Origin: Coniocarpon cinnabarinum
Taxonomy: Eukaryota
Direction: 5' to 3'
NCBI GenBank assembly: GCA_051942205.1
Contig: JAVECO010000017.1
Span: 62,001-126,000 of the forward strand
DNA length: 64,000 nt
In this document: positions 46,476 to 59,932 of the stretch, in pieces
How the letters are laid out: every line of letters begins with the position of its first letter
Numbering within the stretch: the stretch's first letter is position 1
Notes under the pieces: generated by a model
Databases searched by the model: none
What the model saw: only the letters and a program-made list of their open reading frames with translations
Told to the model about the DNA's origin: nothing
Made by a program: the position numbers and the translations under genes

Positions 46476-48180
46476 TCACCCTTCCCGACCCAAGCCCTTA
46501 ACCCCATCACCATTTCCCACCCTTCCCATACTCCTCTGCCACCTCTCCACCCACCCTGGTATCCACGGACTCTCATCCAGAGTCCTCACATCCCACTCCT
46601 TGTCCACGAGGCCCTCTTCTTCCTGCTCCCGCTGCCACGCCTCCAACATGGGCAACACCTTGTGCTCCACCGCCCACGTCCCCTTATATTCCATGATATT
46701 CGCCTTACCCTCTTTCATCACCTTGGCCAGCAACGCCGGAACATACGGCTCAGCCCGAAACTCTCGAATCGGCGTGAACAGCGCCTTGAAGTTGAACACA
46801 ATCGCCCCCGTCACCGGCAGCCGTCGCAGCGTCTGCCAATCCACGCGAAAAAGCACGTCATCCACGTCGAGACGCTCCTCCTGCTTTCCGCGCTCCTCTA
46901 GCAACGCATCCCCGTACTTGGTGTCTGGTGCGGCAAACAGCGCCTCTCCCTTCTCGAGACCCCAAGATCCGCGCTGGATCGGCGCATCGGTCGGCATCTT
47001 GGCGAAGTAGCGATCCATGCTGAAGGCCATTTTCTCTTTGAAGTCCGGAACGGGGGCGTGCACCTCGACGAGAGGCTTGCCGATTTTGGTGCCGAGGGAC
47101 CAGCCGAGGGCGGAGCAGATGATGCCGGCGCGGAAGTAGTAGAGGCCGTTGGTGGGGTCTCGTTGCATGAGGGCAAAGTCTTCGGGGACGTTGTTGAGGA
47201 GGGTGTGCAGCGGTGGGGTGGTGGTGAGGTCGGTAGTGGTGTGCAGAATGTGATTTTGGAGAGTCGTCTTGTCCGAGGAGAGTGTGAAGTGATGTGGATA
47301 GCGTGTCGTGAGGAATTGTAAACAGTGCTCGAGGAGTTCACGAGTGAGGTATTCGGCGCCAGGGAGGCATTGCAGGACTTGATCGCTAGTTGTTCAGTTA
47401 GTAGTATTTCGCTGAAAAGGACGAAATATCAGGCGGAAAGTCGGTCTGGGGTTCGGAGGGGGCTGGAGGATCAAAGACCTGCGCAAACCTACCCATACTC
47501 AGCGTACAGTCGTTGACGCTGTTCAATACGGCGGACGTATGTGGATTCAAGTTCGAGCCAGTATGAAGGATCGAGTTTCATTAGGGCTGGAAGCTTCGTT
47601 AGCATCGTGTGCTGCAAACTGCTCATTCGATCCTCCCATAGCCAGGCTCGTATAAAGTTACGAATTGACGGTAAATCGACAGCAAACTGCCCACATCAAC
47701 AGCGTACTTACACATCGTTTGAGCGTATTTCCATCTCAGTGGTCTGTACGGTCTTGCCCTAGCGTTCTCGATACTCCAATCCTCCCATATTGGCTCAGGA
47801 AGCGGCACACCACTCAGCTTGGTGTAGTCGGGCATGCTTCCCACGAACTTCTTTGCCTCGTCAATGGTGAAACCAGTCGGCGTGAGCTCGTCACCTTGCA
47901 AGAGGTCCCACTCTACCCCCAGTGGAATGAAGCGGGCATTGCAGGGCAGAGTAGCAAGCTTGGAGCGGAAGGGCGGCAAGGTGGTCGTGTAGCTTTGGGA
48001 AGAGGCATTCGTAGAGGCGCCTTTCTTTGTGGATGATGAATGTGCATTTTCTGGACCAGACCTGCGGATGCCAAAGCGAGAGAGCAAGATGCGACGCTGT
48101 GCTGGCGACCGGTAGAGTGTCACGCCCAGGCCGGCGACGGTACCGATCAAAAATATAAAGAACGCGGGAGACGTGGCCAT
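46476..48180 (-). CDS. DUF3445 / HRQ-family protein (heme-dependent oxidative N-demethylase alpha-like) with N-terminal membrane anchor
   Basis: RPYRPLRW..QTMSLMKLDPSYWLEL, VPEDFALM, EVHAPVP, PIQRGSW, FRVDWQTLRRLP; introns 47587-47711 and 47386-47492. Confidence 0.9.
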
Positions 48181-48780
48181 AACGCAAGCTCAGTAAGATA
48201 TGTTCAGGATCAGGTGCCTTCCAGAGCTGACATCGTCAAAAGAGGCGTTCATCAAGCTGAAGAGGCCGACTAGAAAGAGAGATACTCGACAAGTGTAAGT
48301 GCTTCTTACCAGAGCGTACGGTGGCTACGGCGAGATGCTCGGCCAGGACTCAACAGCCGCATACGCAAAAGCCATGCCATCAACGAATTATGTCACTGAG
48401 GTTGTCAGTTATCGAAGCTCAGGATAACATTACCTAGAACGGATAGCTCCATCCACGAGGTGTGTAGCTGTCGAAGCATGCCAATCCACGAGCTCAGACT
48501 TGTGTGAACTAACGCCGTTGGGGTCATGGACCTTTCCATCTTCATGTTCCATGTTATAGGGACAGGGCAGGAAAAAGGGAGGAGAAGACATTCCGTCATG
48601 CATCTGTCTCATTCGCTGTCTCGTGTTACATACATGCTGACTTGCATCGCACCCTGTTCGCCCTACTGGCCAAAACTTGGGCTGCCAGCTCATTCGTGTC
48701 TTCTGCCCCTCATGCTGGTCGGAAATGTGAAGCACTTCGTCTTCTCGCTAATGCTAACGTCAAGGTTATACTGATCCCGC

Positions 48781-50155
48781 CTACCGGTCAGGATTTCGGA
48801 TTTCTAACGGCCGTGAGTAATCTTGATTATCCTGCAAAGTGCTCACGCTGGTACGACTAATGTTGTTTTGTTGCATGATCGCATTCGGATTGAGCCGGTT
48901 GTCGGAGAACAGAGGTCGCGAGAAGCGACGGTTCTCACCCATTTCCCACGACCCCACAGTGGCCGCAGATTGAGGACCCGATCCTGCCGGAAGACCACTC
49001 GTTGTTATTCGAGGAAGGGTAGGTTCGACATGACCATCGTTTGCCGTGCTACCACCACGGAGGAGACCCACACGACTCAAGACACTAGCATTGCGCTTGG
49101 GTACTCCGACGAACCCCTCGGCGTCGTGGGAATGTTTGTTGTTCTTTCGTCGCCATAGACAAAGGAGGAAGATGAGCCCTGCGACCAACGCCGCACCACC
49201 CAGCGCGCCGACAGTCACCCCGGCTACTGCCCCTTTGGACAGCCCAGACTCCGTACGTTGTGGAATTTGAGTGGCAGGTGATGCCGATGGCATCGCGGAC
49301 GGTGTCGACGTGATGAAATGGGTGATGGGCTTCCCACTGATAGTCGTGGCTTGTGCCGTGGTGATGAGCACCGGTACCGGCGTGATTGTGCTTGTCGGTC
49401 CAGTGATGAAGGCAGTCGACGGATCCTGCGTGATGGTACTTGGTGGAACAGAGGTCGTCTGCAACTGCGTACTTTCCTCGGTGTGGACGACAGTCACTGG
49501 GTCAGAAGGTGGTGGGGTATACACCGACTGTTTGCAATGTGTTAGTCAATGAGTGAGCAGAGCGACCGCATAGACTTACAATTTGCGTTGACAATTGAGT
49601 CTGGACCACGGTTGATGGAGGTTGACTCGAGGCCACGGTTTGCGTTGAAGGTGGTGGCGGTGGTTGCGTTGAGATCGATATTTGCGGAGGAGCTGAAGAC
49701 TGGATAGGAGCACTTCCTCCACCTCCGATGCCACCATCACTGCCGCCGCTGCTACTGCTACTGCCACTACCGCCCCCAACGAAGCCGCCTCCTACACCCA
49801 TAGTCCCTTGGGGAGCGGGTCCTAACGCAACATACCCAAACAGACCCTGTTGTTCATTGCCGCAGCTTTCACTTGGAAACCCAGGACAGTGTTGGTCACA
49901 GCTACCAACGTCCGCAGTATCTCCTGGCGCCTGGTTTGAACACCAGCAGTTCTGAAATTGCGTGATTGCAAAGGCATAACCTTGGCAGTTGTCATGACAT
50001 TGACCATTCGTCATCCAAATGCTGTTGGACGACTGTCCTCCTTCTCCCGTGTTCTGAGATGAGCATTGCGAGAGACTGACAGCGTGGACGGTTCGAGAGA
50101 TGAAGGACAACGTCGCCAAAGCCTGCACTCCCCCTTTCCATCTCGCTCGTGTCAT
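48781..50155 (-). CDS. WSC1: WSC-domain cell-wall stress sensor (Wsc1/Slg1-like)
   Basis: Signal peptide, Cys-rich WSC domain (CWCSN...CDQHCPGFPSESCG), S/T-rich stalk, one TM segment, C-terminal DYSRPLEIRNPD; intron 49528-49579. Confidence 0.88.
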
Positions 50156-51969
50156 CGTATATTAAAAATTACGTTGGAACTATGTTGGCTTCTGTGAACG
50201 ACGTCAGTGAGCCCACCGTGAGAGAAGAATAGCCATGAAAACGAATGTGGAAAGGGTTGAAGATGCATCCAAGGTAGCATGATCGTTCTCATCTAGACGC
50301 CGGACCGATAAGGGAAGGGGCGACCGTGTTGATGCTGATACTTACAGGTTCATTGACTAGCACATGAGATGTCTGGCGACTAGTCTATGTGGATAGTTCA
50401 TCGGAGCAAGTTGTTGGAGAAGAGGCGTGCTGTCTTGCGCACTTTCCGATACGCAAGTGATGTTTGAAGGGGAGGTTCAGCTGCAGCGAGGGATTTGGCC
50501 AAATCAGTTAAGATTCAGCAAGCGCGTCGCGACTGCAACGCGCAGGAGACTGCAATAGCGTGACTTGGAGGCGTTTCGCAAGAAACAGTACCGAAATGCG
50601 GTCTGCAATCTTTTCCTCGAAAGAGATTGAGCCGGTCTTCGGTTGATACAGGTTGTGCTTAGCGAATGGTGGAAAGCCGGGATGGAGGCTGCACCCCTTG
50701 CGCGGCTCAAGTGTGGCCCAAGCCGTAGACTGGCTTATTTGATGCAAAGGGCGGGTTCGAGGACAGCGCAAGACTGAGGGGTGCTGACGGCTTTGCCGAT
50801 GGAAGTCGCCGGACTCGACGAAGAAGAGACAGCGAAGTGAAACAGAATAGTGGCCCTCTTTGGAGGAGAAACGTGGCCCGTGGAATGGAAGTGCGGTAGA
50901 GAAGCAAAACGAGTGAAATCTCTCCAAGGGTATCTGGGTAAACTGGAAGAAGAAGAAGTCAATTAGCAAACGAACGAGGGGCCCTGGGAAGACATCTGGG
51001 CGTGCATGAGGACGTGCAAGGGAAAAGAGGAGATGGTGCAGGATCGTTGCAGTGTTACTGTCGTCGCGCGAAAAAGAGGCCAATACCGTTTGCACGCCAA
51101 GCTTCGCGCTAGCGCCCCGTATGGCCCGGCGGCTGCTCGAACAGGAGATGTGTGATGCCACGACTTGCCCCTTCCGATCGTTTCTTAGCACGCCAATCTT
51201 AATCCAACCGCAGTCTCCATAGCGCTCACTCTGTGCTTAAAACCCTCACCCATCCCTGGCTTGCCGAGCGCCACATTGATAGAGTCACCCAGCACTCGCC
51301 AAACGCTAGACATTGCTGGAGTTTGTTGCTAGGAGCCTTTCCACGCGCACACTCACAGCCAACGCGATGAGGTTACGACAACGCTGATGTCGCACTGGTC
51401 CTCCGTGCGCGCGCGGCAGATCGCGATCTACTTGGTGGCCTTGGTGAGCGCACACAGAGAGTAGGTGAAACAGGGATGGCCAATGAGACGCTCAGGCTCA
51501 CCCGGCCGGTCTCCGCACCCCGGCGCTCAGTGCCCACTTGTTCACCACGTCATCGAGTCCTTTTGATACTGATCGTCGTTAATCCCGGCGCTTCCCCAGT
51601 TTTACCGTGGCATCTATTCCCACTCTCAACCGCCGCATTCAGGATCATGACACAGCACTCTTCAAGCCTCGTCCGCGCGGCGCTGCATCGACAATCGCTG
51701 CGTGTCATGATATCCTTAGTGGTGGACGCGTTACCACAGAACGTGATTCGTAGGCGCTGAGATGACATTACATGTCAGATTCAAGATCTGCTCGGTTCTA
51801 CACAACGCAGCTCATCCGGTGATAAGCCGAAACGCTCCTTCATCCTACGCTACATCTCAGCAGCCAATTGCCCAACCGTTTCCGATCGCTGCCCCAAGCG
51901 CTGCTGACGCCACTGACGGCCACCTGTAATAGATGTCGGCCCTATCGACAGCTGTGGCGGCCTACTAAT

Positions 51970-53469
51970 CTATGCTGTGGCTGCCACTGCCTCTGCTTGT
52001 TGCTGTGCCCTGGTGTGTTCCGCCTCAAGCCCCAGGCGGCGTGTCATCTTCTTTGACTCGGTCTCTACACCTATCCTCTCTTTGGAGATGATGTCAGTTA
52101 CCAGGGGCGACATCCTGGTGTCTCGGTTAGGTTGAAGTTTGCTCATGCCCCTCTTGTATCGGCGCACGCTCTCCAAGTAGGTCTCAAACAAGAAGGCCGA
52201 GTCGAGGGGTCCGCCCTTGGCTTCGGGGTGAAACTGTGTGCTGAAAATAGGTCGTGATTTGTGAATCATCCCCTCGTTGGAACTATCGTTGAGATTGACA
52301 AAGTATTCCTTGAAATCTGCTGGAAGTGTACTCGAGTCGACGGCATAGCCGTGGTTTTGACTCGTAATATGGCATTTTCCAGTTGTCAGATCTAATGCAG
52401 GGATGTTGTGAGCGCGATTGCCGTATTTCAATTTGATAGTCTTCGCGCCTGCTGCAAGTGCGAGCAATTGATGTCCAAGGCAAATGCCCATGACAGGGAT
52501 TTGGGATGAATCCATCAATTGTCGCAGGTGGTGCACCGTCTCCTGGCAATGTGTCGGATCGCCTGGCCCGTTGGAAATGAAGACGCCGTCGAAATGCTGG
52601 GCCAGCTTGCTGATGTCAGTGTTGTATGGCAGGCAAGTGACACTGGCACCTCGGGCGACGAGAGATCGCAATATGTTTTCCTTCACGCCACAGTCAACGA
52701 CTGCGACGTGCACATCGCCGTGGGGACAGTTGATGTGAAACGGTGCTTTGGTGCTGACACGTTGGACCAGATTGATGCCTTCAGGGTCAACAAACGCTTC
52801 ATCCTCGTCGGCGTCGTACTCTTCCCCAACAGTGATACGTGCCAAAGATGAACCTTGTTCACGCAGGAATGTCACGATAGCTCGTGTGTCGACTCCTGAT
52901 ATCGCAGGGACGCCTTCACGCGCACACCACTGGCCCAGACTCTCAACCGCAGTCCAGTGACTGTACTGCTCTGCCACATCTGCGACAACCACTCCAGCAG
53001 CTTGCAAGTGTGGGGACTCAAAATATTTCAGAAGGCCAAACTCGTCTCTAGCGGCTGAAGAGGGGACACCGTAGTTGCCAATCAACGGCTGAGTGAAGAC
53101 AAGAATCTAATGTGCGATGAGCGCTGCTGTCGGTACAGAATGGTACTCAGCTGTAATACTTACCTGTCCGCGATAAGATGGATCTGTAAGGGACTCAGGA
53201 TATCCCACAAGAGATGTCGTGAAGACCGACTCTCCGGAAATGTTTGTGTTTGCGCCAAATGACTTGCCAGAAAAGATGGGACCATTGCGGATAGTGAACG
53301 TTGCACGTTCGTGAGATGGCGAAGTCGCTCGAGATGCTGCAATGGGCATGATGCGTGGGGTGTTTGATTCAGCCGTTGCCATTGCTCGAGTCTTGGAGAG
53401 GCTCGCTTGAGCAGCTGTCTTCCATGTTCTGTGGAATGGTCGAGCCAGTTTCAAGGCTTGCGCGAACAT
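51970..53469 (-). CDS. CPA1: Carbamoyl-phosphate synthase, arginine-specific small chain (mitochondrial)
   Basis: [55 protein letters not shown]; intron 53107-53163; presequence-like N-terminus. Confidence 0.97.
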
Positions 53470-53529
53470 TTTGGTTGATTGATCTTCTGATAAGAATGCG
53501 AGTTGTTTCCGAATCCACCACACGGGCTT

Positions 53530-53811
53530 TTAGTTGACCAGGGACTTCCAAAGATGATCTGCATAGTGCATAGTTAGTCGAGTTCGGGGTAAGTGCAAGT
53601 TGTGCCCGCTGGGCTTGAGATACTGATATACCGGAAATATAATCCTATTAAACACACATGATTAGCAAACGTACGCAAAATATTCAATCTGAGAAGGGGA
53701 GGAGAGCGTCAGTAGACGCCCTGTAACACGCGAAACTGGTGATAGAGGATGACCACCATGGGTGGGGTTGGCTCATACCTGCGACGTGAAGATGGTTACG
53801 AAGAAACGCAT
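53530..53811 (-). promoter_or_regulatory. AAP: Arginine attenuator peptide uORF (24 aa, three exons)
   Basis: Exons 53811-53779, 53644-53632 and 53558-53530 give MRFFVTIFTSQDYISDHLWKSLVN, matching the FTSQDYxSDHLW core of the Neurospora arg-2 AAP. Confidence 0.95.
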
Positions 53812-54482
53812 GGGCGCGCGCGATAAAGTTCCTTCGTGAGGTAGTCGAGACTTGTCTCTAGGTAGACATGGGCTCTTGTTGAACGATTGAGTGAGGAAGC
53901 TGTGAGGTGTACTGGCGGGCAGGAGGGTTGTTTATCTAGAAAGCTTGTGATTCCGTTTGGCGGTCTAGCAAATTTGACGCGGTGTGTGTTTTCACGCAGA
54001 CAAGCGTGTCACGTTATCTGATTGGCTTGAGCCATTAGACCAAAAGCTTCGATATCGGTATTGCCTGATTAATCTGGCAACAACTCCTCCAAATTTTGGC
54101 AGGGGCATATTTGTGGAGCGAGGACAACATGTATGCGCAGCCGTTTCCAGTCTACATGCATTGGATCCTCAATTCTTTCGCGGTCATTGTAGAGATTGTT
54201 CGACAATCGATTGGGCCGGGCACCTCTGTCCGCAATTCTGACAGCGATCGACATATAAAACTCGCCATAGCAGTTGCCTCAGGTCGCTGAGATGCTCTAA
54301 TCACGAAGGGGTTTCTGGATCTGGGAAGCATCGTCGGGGGCAAGACGATGATGATGTCGTCTGATTTACGAGCAACCCTCGACTAGATCAAGTGCTTCAG
54401 CAATGCGAGAAGATTTTGGGGCGAGGGGTATCTATGTCGTTCATTATCTGCGCTGTCAAATTTATGTATACTTTCAACTCTT

Positions 54483-55654
54483 TTACAATACCATCCTCAT
54501 CTTTAGCAAATCTTTGTCGACAATGTCACCACTCATCTTCACTAGCTCCTCCATGTCCCCTGTGAGTTGCTGTTAGTCAAAATTCCGTCCAGACATCAAC
54601 AGCGTCATTTGGTAGCACTTACAACACACACTCACGTATCGACCCTTCAACCAATCACGCCTTTTTTGAGTTAGCCATACAACAGTATCACCACATAGCT
54701 CCGGCGTATCGATTAGTATCGGATGAACTTCTGGTGGCATGTTGAGAGCCAGCTCAGTTTTGACACTACCCGGATGGATCAGAAAAGACTGCACATTTTT
54801 CCCTTTCCCAAGCTTCTCCATTGTGGCAGTTTCGTAAGTAACAAACTCGGTGAGATGATGCATCGCGAACTTCGTTCCCGCATATGCACTGCCTCCGGCT
54901 CCGAAGCGATGGACACCGACGCTGGACATTCCAACAAAGATTCCGAGAGAGTCTTGCTTCTGAAGGAGTGGCAAAAATTCATGAGCGGTGAGATACGAGC
55001 CTTTCACATTCACTTCCCATGTTTGCCCTGGGGGAATTGTGAGTATCTCAAAATGATCTAGGAATGATGGACAGGCTCCGTAGACTTACACCAAGTATCA
55101 GGATCGGAGTCGGCGATTGGGTTTCGAGGTTCCAATATCCCAGCGTTGGCAATAGCAATGTCAAGCTGGCCGTTGAACGTCTTCTCGAGCGTTTGCCGGC
55201 ACTCGTGAACCGATGTGGGAGATGAAACGTCCCTTGGTGTGTTCAGCAAATTAAGCGATGCCCATGCTCTTACAGGCCGCCATGATGCACGCTTACATTG
55301 TGAGGGGGAGGACCGTTGGCTGGGGATGACCAGCCTGCTTGGCAGCTAGTTGGATTTCCCGCGTCACCGAGCTCAGAGAAGAACGAGCGGAGATAGCAAT
55401 CCCAGAAGCACCAGCTTTGGCAAACGAGATTGCCATCCCACGCCCTAGAGAGAACCATATGAATACTTGTGAGTCCGGAATCTCTGCAAAGTCTTCAACG
55501 CACCACAACCTCGACTGCCTCCAGTCACAAGTACATTGCGCCCACACATGTTGACTCGAGTTGGGTCAACAAATGGGTAGGTGTCATGGTGATACGAATC
55601 CGTAAATTTGATGTGCTTCATGGGCTGCTCGCCCGGCGTGTCAATGTTCGGCAT
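54483..55654 (-). CDS. Short-chain dehydrogenase/reductase
   Basis: HHDTYPFVDP, spliced TGGSRGCG, LDIAIANAG, AYAGTKFA, IHPGSVKTEL, WLKGRYVS; multiple introns. Confidence 0.9.
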
Positions 55655-56189
55655 GCTGGTGTCAGGCTAGAGACTACGAAGGACTGGCACGCTGGCTCGA
55701 ATTGCGCCTGCGACGATATCCTTCTAGTACGTGAACGCGATCTGAATTTCTAGAGAGCTGCTTCTCAATTGTGCGTTATGCACCTAAATATTTATTGTGT
55801 TTAATTTTGGGTGTAAGCAAGCTTCTCTGAATCCCGATGGAAGCCCTAGTCTTTCAGAACCCCGAAGCGGCGGCGCCAAGTGGCATTAGCAACGGCAGAC
55901 GACATGATGTACTATTGATAAAGTTACAGGCTCATGACTCTGTTTTTGATAACGAGTCGATTTTAATGTCAGTCGGGCTCGGCGCGCACGCGGAGTTCGG
56001 GAAGCACACATGATATGCACTTGATGCGGAGTCGACGAGATGTCGCAAGCAAGTCCAGAAGCATGGAAAGTGGCCGCTTTCGGCGGAGATGCAGGGACCT
56101 GTGAGAAACACCGACGAACGACTGGACAATTGCTTACTGGGCGTTGCCGCAGTAGCGCCAGGTTGGCAAGTCACCTCTCACGCTCCGGA

Positions 56190-56454
56190 GAAGGACATGC
56201 CTGCGCAGCACACACCACTGCAGGACCTTTGTGAGCGAGCTCGAGCCACCAACAAAAAATTTCAGTATTCTGCGCTGCCGATACTCCGTACCCTGCTATC
56301 ACTTGTCCTTGCCGTGACTGTCTGCCAGAGTAGACGTGCGCCGTGAGAGCTGGCCATTTCAACACTTTTACCATTGCTTCCTGGAAGCGTCAACCACTCG
56401 CTCAACCCCATCTGTATGACCCTGTGGTACCGAGCGCCTGAACTATGGTCATGA
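56190..56454 (+). pseudogene. Putative protein-kinase relic
   Basis: TLWYRAPEL at 56419-56445; an out-of-frame VRAGHFN (DFG-like position) about 18 codons upstream; helix-E-like LRTLLSLVLAVTVCQ; stops and frameshifts. Confidence 0.45.
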
Positions 56455-57293
56455 CGGTGCCAACGAGCCGTGAGTGTTCGGGGGGCCGCGGGGCTGCGGA
56501 CTCGAGCGCACGAGTGAGTGCGAATAATGTCGGGCCGAGTCGCGAGTGTCGGTTGATAGGTAGGTAGTGGTAGCAGCACCCCAATTCCAGATGTCTTGTC
56601 CATCCCTTCCTTGTGCATGTGGTACGTGTTGGTTTGCAGCCACAGCCGCCACCTAGACCCGTCGGTTGTTGTGCATAGCCACGATCGTGTCAGAAACACG
56701 TCACGTGTCTTGTCATCAGTTTCCCGCTATGGCAAGTCGTCTTCTACTAAGCTACCTTAGTCTAGATATCAATGACAGCGGGCTCGATACCTTGTGAATC
56801 TTTGCTGTGCTGTGACCACGTAGTCGCCCGCAAACACGTGCCATCAGTTGCAGTGTCCAACTAAGGTGATGAAGAGGTGAGACGCATCGTCGCTAGCAGA
56901 AAGCAGCTGTCGTCTGAACCGAATACACGTGATGATGGGATCTCAGCGTTTGCGCCATCACTCATCACACTTTGTTGCAAATTGCGCTTACTATGGTCCT
57001 GCGCTACCGCACAACACGAAACAGCATCACCAATATTTCTTAGGTCACCTAGCGAAACGGACTTCACCGTCACTGTTGTCTCCCTGACTCCGTTTGACAC
57101 ACATCCTTCGCACCGGTTCTGGTTTTGGTAGCAATCGATCCGTTACAATACCACCCATCGTAAGTTTACAGATCGCTCACAGACTCACTCGAGAGTCGTG
57201 CCACACCATCCGTGCGGCGCGCGTTTTCTGAGTCAGACAGCAGCATCGACGAACGTGCCTCATTTCTGCTCCAAGCTTACAATACGGTGCCAG

Positions 57294-59244
57294 ATGAATG
57301 TAGAACGGAATACATTTTTTGACCATCTACCAACAATACTGAAGCGCATTTCAAATGCTCACTTCATTGCCTTTGACCTTGAGCTTTCCGGCATTCCGGA
57401 GCGTGGCAAGACCCAGCACACGGGTCGGCCATCCCTTCAGGGTCGCTATGATGAGCTTAAAGCCGCTGCAGAAAAATATCAAATTCTTCAAGTTGGTTTG
57501 ACGGTGGTCGAGGAAGATCGAGAGAACGATAGATATCTCATTCGTCCTTTTAATTTCAATTTGAGCCCTCTTGTTGAAGACGAGCGCAATGTGGTCGTTG
57601 AGCGCGACTTTACTTACTCTTCATCCGCTGTCAACTTTCTGCGCAACCAAGGTTACGACATGGGCAGTCCTTTCTCTACTGGAGTACCTTACCTCACTCG
57701 GCAGGAGGCTGACCAAGCCTGGCAGCGGGCTAGGAAGAAATTCGATCGTAGGATGATTCCTGACATTCAGGTTCCTGCCACAGACATCCAAGCAACGAGA
57801 TTCATGGCTCGCGTGAGGCGTGAAATTTCAGCATGGCAAAAGACCACCAAGGTGTGTTTCTCGCAAAGGGGCCGTATAAGATTTCGCCATTACTGATGCT
57901 TGCCAGGGCACGGACCACATCGAGATCACTGGTCAAATTGACGACGAGGGGCGATCGGAGCGTATGCTCAACCGTTTCGAGAAGCGACTGGTACACCAGA
58001 TTGTGCGCGCAGACTTCACCAGCCTGGAGACATTCTCTTTGCTCAATACAGTCAAGGTCAAGCATAAGGGCGTGGACTCTGTCGATCAGGATCAAGAGCC
58101 TTGGCGACGACAAGCTGGAGAAGCAATCTGTCTTCAAACAGGCTTTCGCTGGGTAGCAGAGGCCATCGGTGGAGGCAATCTAGATGATCTCGATCCCTTC
58201 GTGTGCGGACGTCGTATCGCGGGCGAACCCGACGCACCAACCCGCCCAGCGTTCAGGAGTCGTATGAAAAGGCTAATACAAGATTGTGTGCAGCGTCCAA
58301 AGATTCTTGTAGGTCACAACTGCTTCATCGACATCATCTACCTATTCAAGCTGTTCTACGGGGATCTTCCAGACGATGTGAATGACTTCAAGGCAGCTGT
58401 TCACGCACGCTTTCCGTTGCTGCTCGACACCAAATTCATGGTCACTGCTGGATTCGACAGCAACCGCTTTAGGGGGTCGAACTTGTCAGAGGTTGACCAG
58501 ATCTTCGAGTGGATGGAGGCTCCCGACATCTATGGCATCAATGACCATCCACAGTACGGCGAAGACGATCAATCCTTTCATGAGGCCGGCTTTGACAGCT
58601 ACATAACCGCGAAAGTATTCCTTCGGCTTGCAGCAAGCTTCCAAGCAATTGCAAGGGGCGAGCGCGTAGAGTCGCTTTTTGGGAGGCTCAATATGGGCCT
58701 GCAGCCCAAGCAGGTGAAACATGCCGCTGGAAGGGATCCCGTTGAGGACCTCAACAAAGAGCAGCAGAAAGCCACACCTGAAGCTGAGAACAGCCTGCAA
58801 AACATGGGTCATGATGCAGCTACTGGATCCACGACTGAGCCAAGCCGCAAGAGATACGCCTCCACAAATGTTTTCGATACGTTATCCGACGCTGACATGG
58901 CGGCTGCCAGCAAAGCGGTTGAGGGACAGGAATCACCATCAACACAAGCAAAGGCACAGTCTACCAAATCATTGCAGGAAGACGTCGAAGCTTTGAGAAT
59001 ACAGGATGATGAGAGACCAGAAGCAATCCATGCCACGCAGCAAGAGCAGAGAGACATGCTCCCAGGCTGGGAGGCTGACTTTTGGGTCCCGTTCAGAAAC
59101 AAGCTCCGTGTTTATGGCACTATCGAAGAGGTATGCATTCTGGGCAACCAGAAGACAAATGGTTTGAACGAACAAGGTCACAGGCCTATCAACGTAGACG
59201 AGCCAAAGTCGCTGTGGCAGCAGATAAGAGCCTGGATGTCATGA
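57294..59244 (+). CDS. CAF1-family DEDD ribonuclease, poly(A)-specific ribonuclease PARN-like
   Basis: FIAFDLELSGI, YQILQVGLT, LVGHNCFID, LLDTKFM, FHEAGFDSY; intron 57852-57906. Confidence 0.92.
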
Positions 59245-59932
59245 AGTCTGTACAACATTCAGCAGCTGGTCGTGTTAACAGCTCTCAATATTTAACGGAG
59301 TAGTCGCAACACAGTGGCCTAGTGATGAAGTGCAGGGCGTAAGAAGGTGTACTGAAAGGGCTCTGAGTAGTGTCGCGCGAAGCTTGCCAAGGTAAGGAAG
59401 AAAGCACGCTTACGCGGACCATTTGACCAGCTCGAGCGCCCCGTGCCGTCACTGAGCAGCAAAGTTCTTCCTTCGATGCGAAGATGCGGCACGCGTTTCT
59501 GTGGAAGTTGGTACAGCACGAGGAGCCGGCTTGAGAACAATGGAAGCGTTGCGGGGCAGGGGACGTCATTGGGAACCACCTTTTTCCCACTCGTCCAAGC
59601 TTTCACGGCTGATCATCCCACAAGTTACGCAACCACGGCCAGGGCATACGCAACAACGCCGTCTATAACAGGAAGCATGGCAGATTGCGAGCTGATGATT
59701 GGCTTGACAGCGCCGCAACCTGCCGTCAACTGTCTGCTGAGGCGTGGTTCCACGGAGGATCTAGACGCAAGGATCAGCTTGTTGCTGCGCCGAATGACGG
59801 CAAGCTTCCTCCAAGCTTGTGAAAGCGGAATCTATTAAATGTCCACGTGGAACGCCCTCGCCTGGCTGTAAGAGACGCGATTCCCTCAAGGCCGATCATA
59901 GAGATTGACAAAAGCAAGCTTGATCTTCCATC

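Noticed and set aside
50508..51191. 227-aa ORF upstream of the WSC gene
   Set aside because: Non-ATG start and pyrimidine-rich composition typical of a promoter or 5' UTR.
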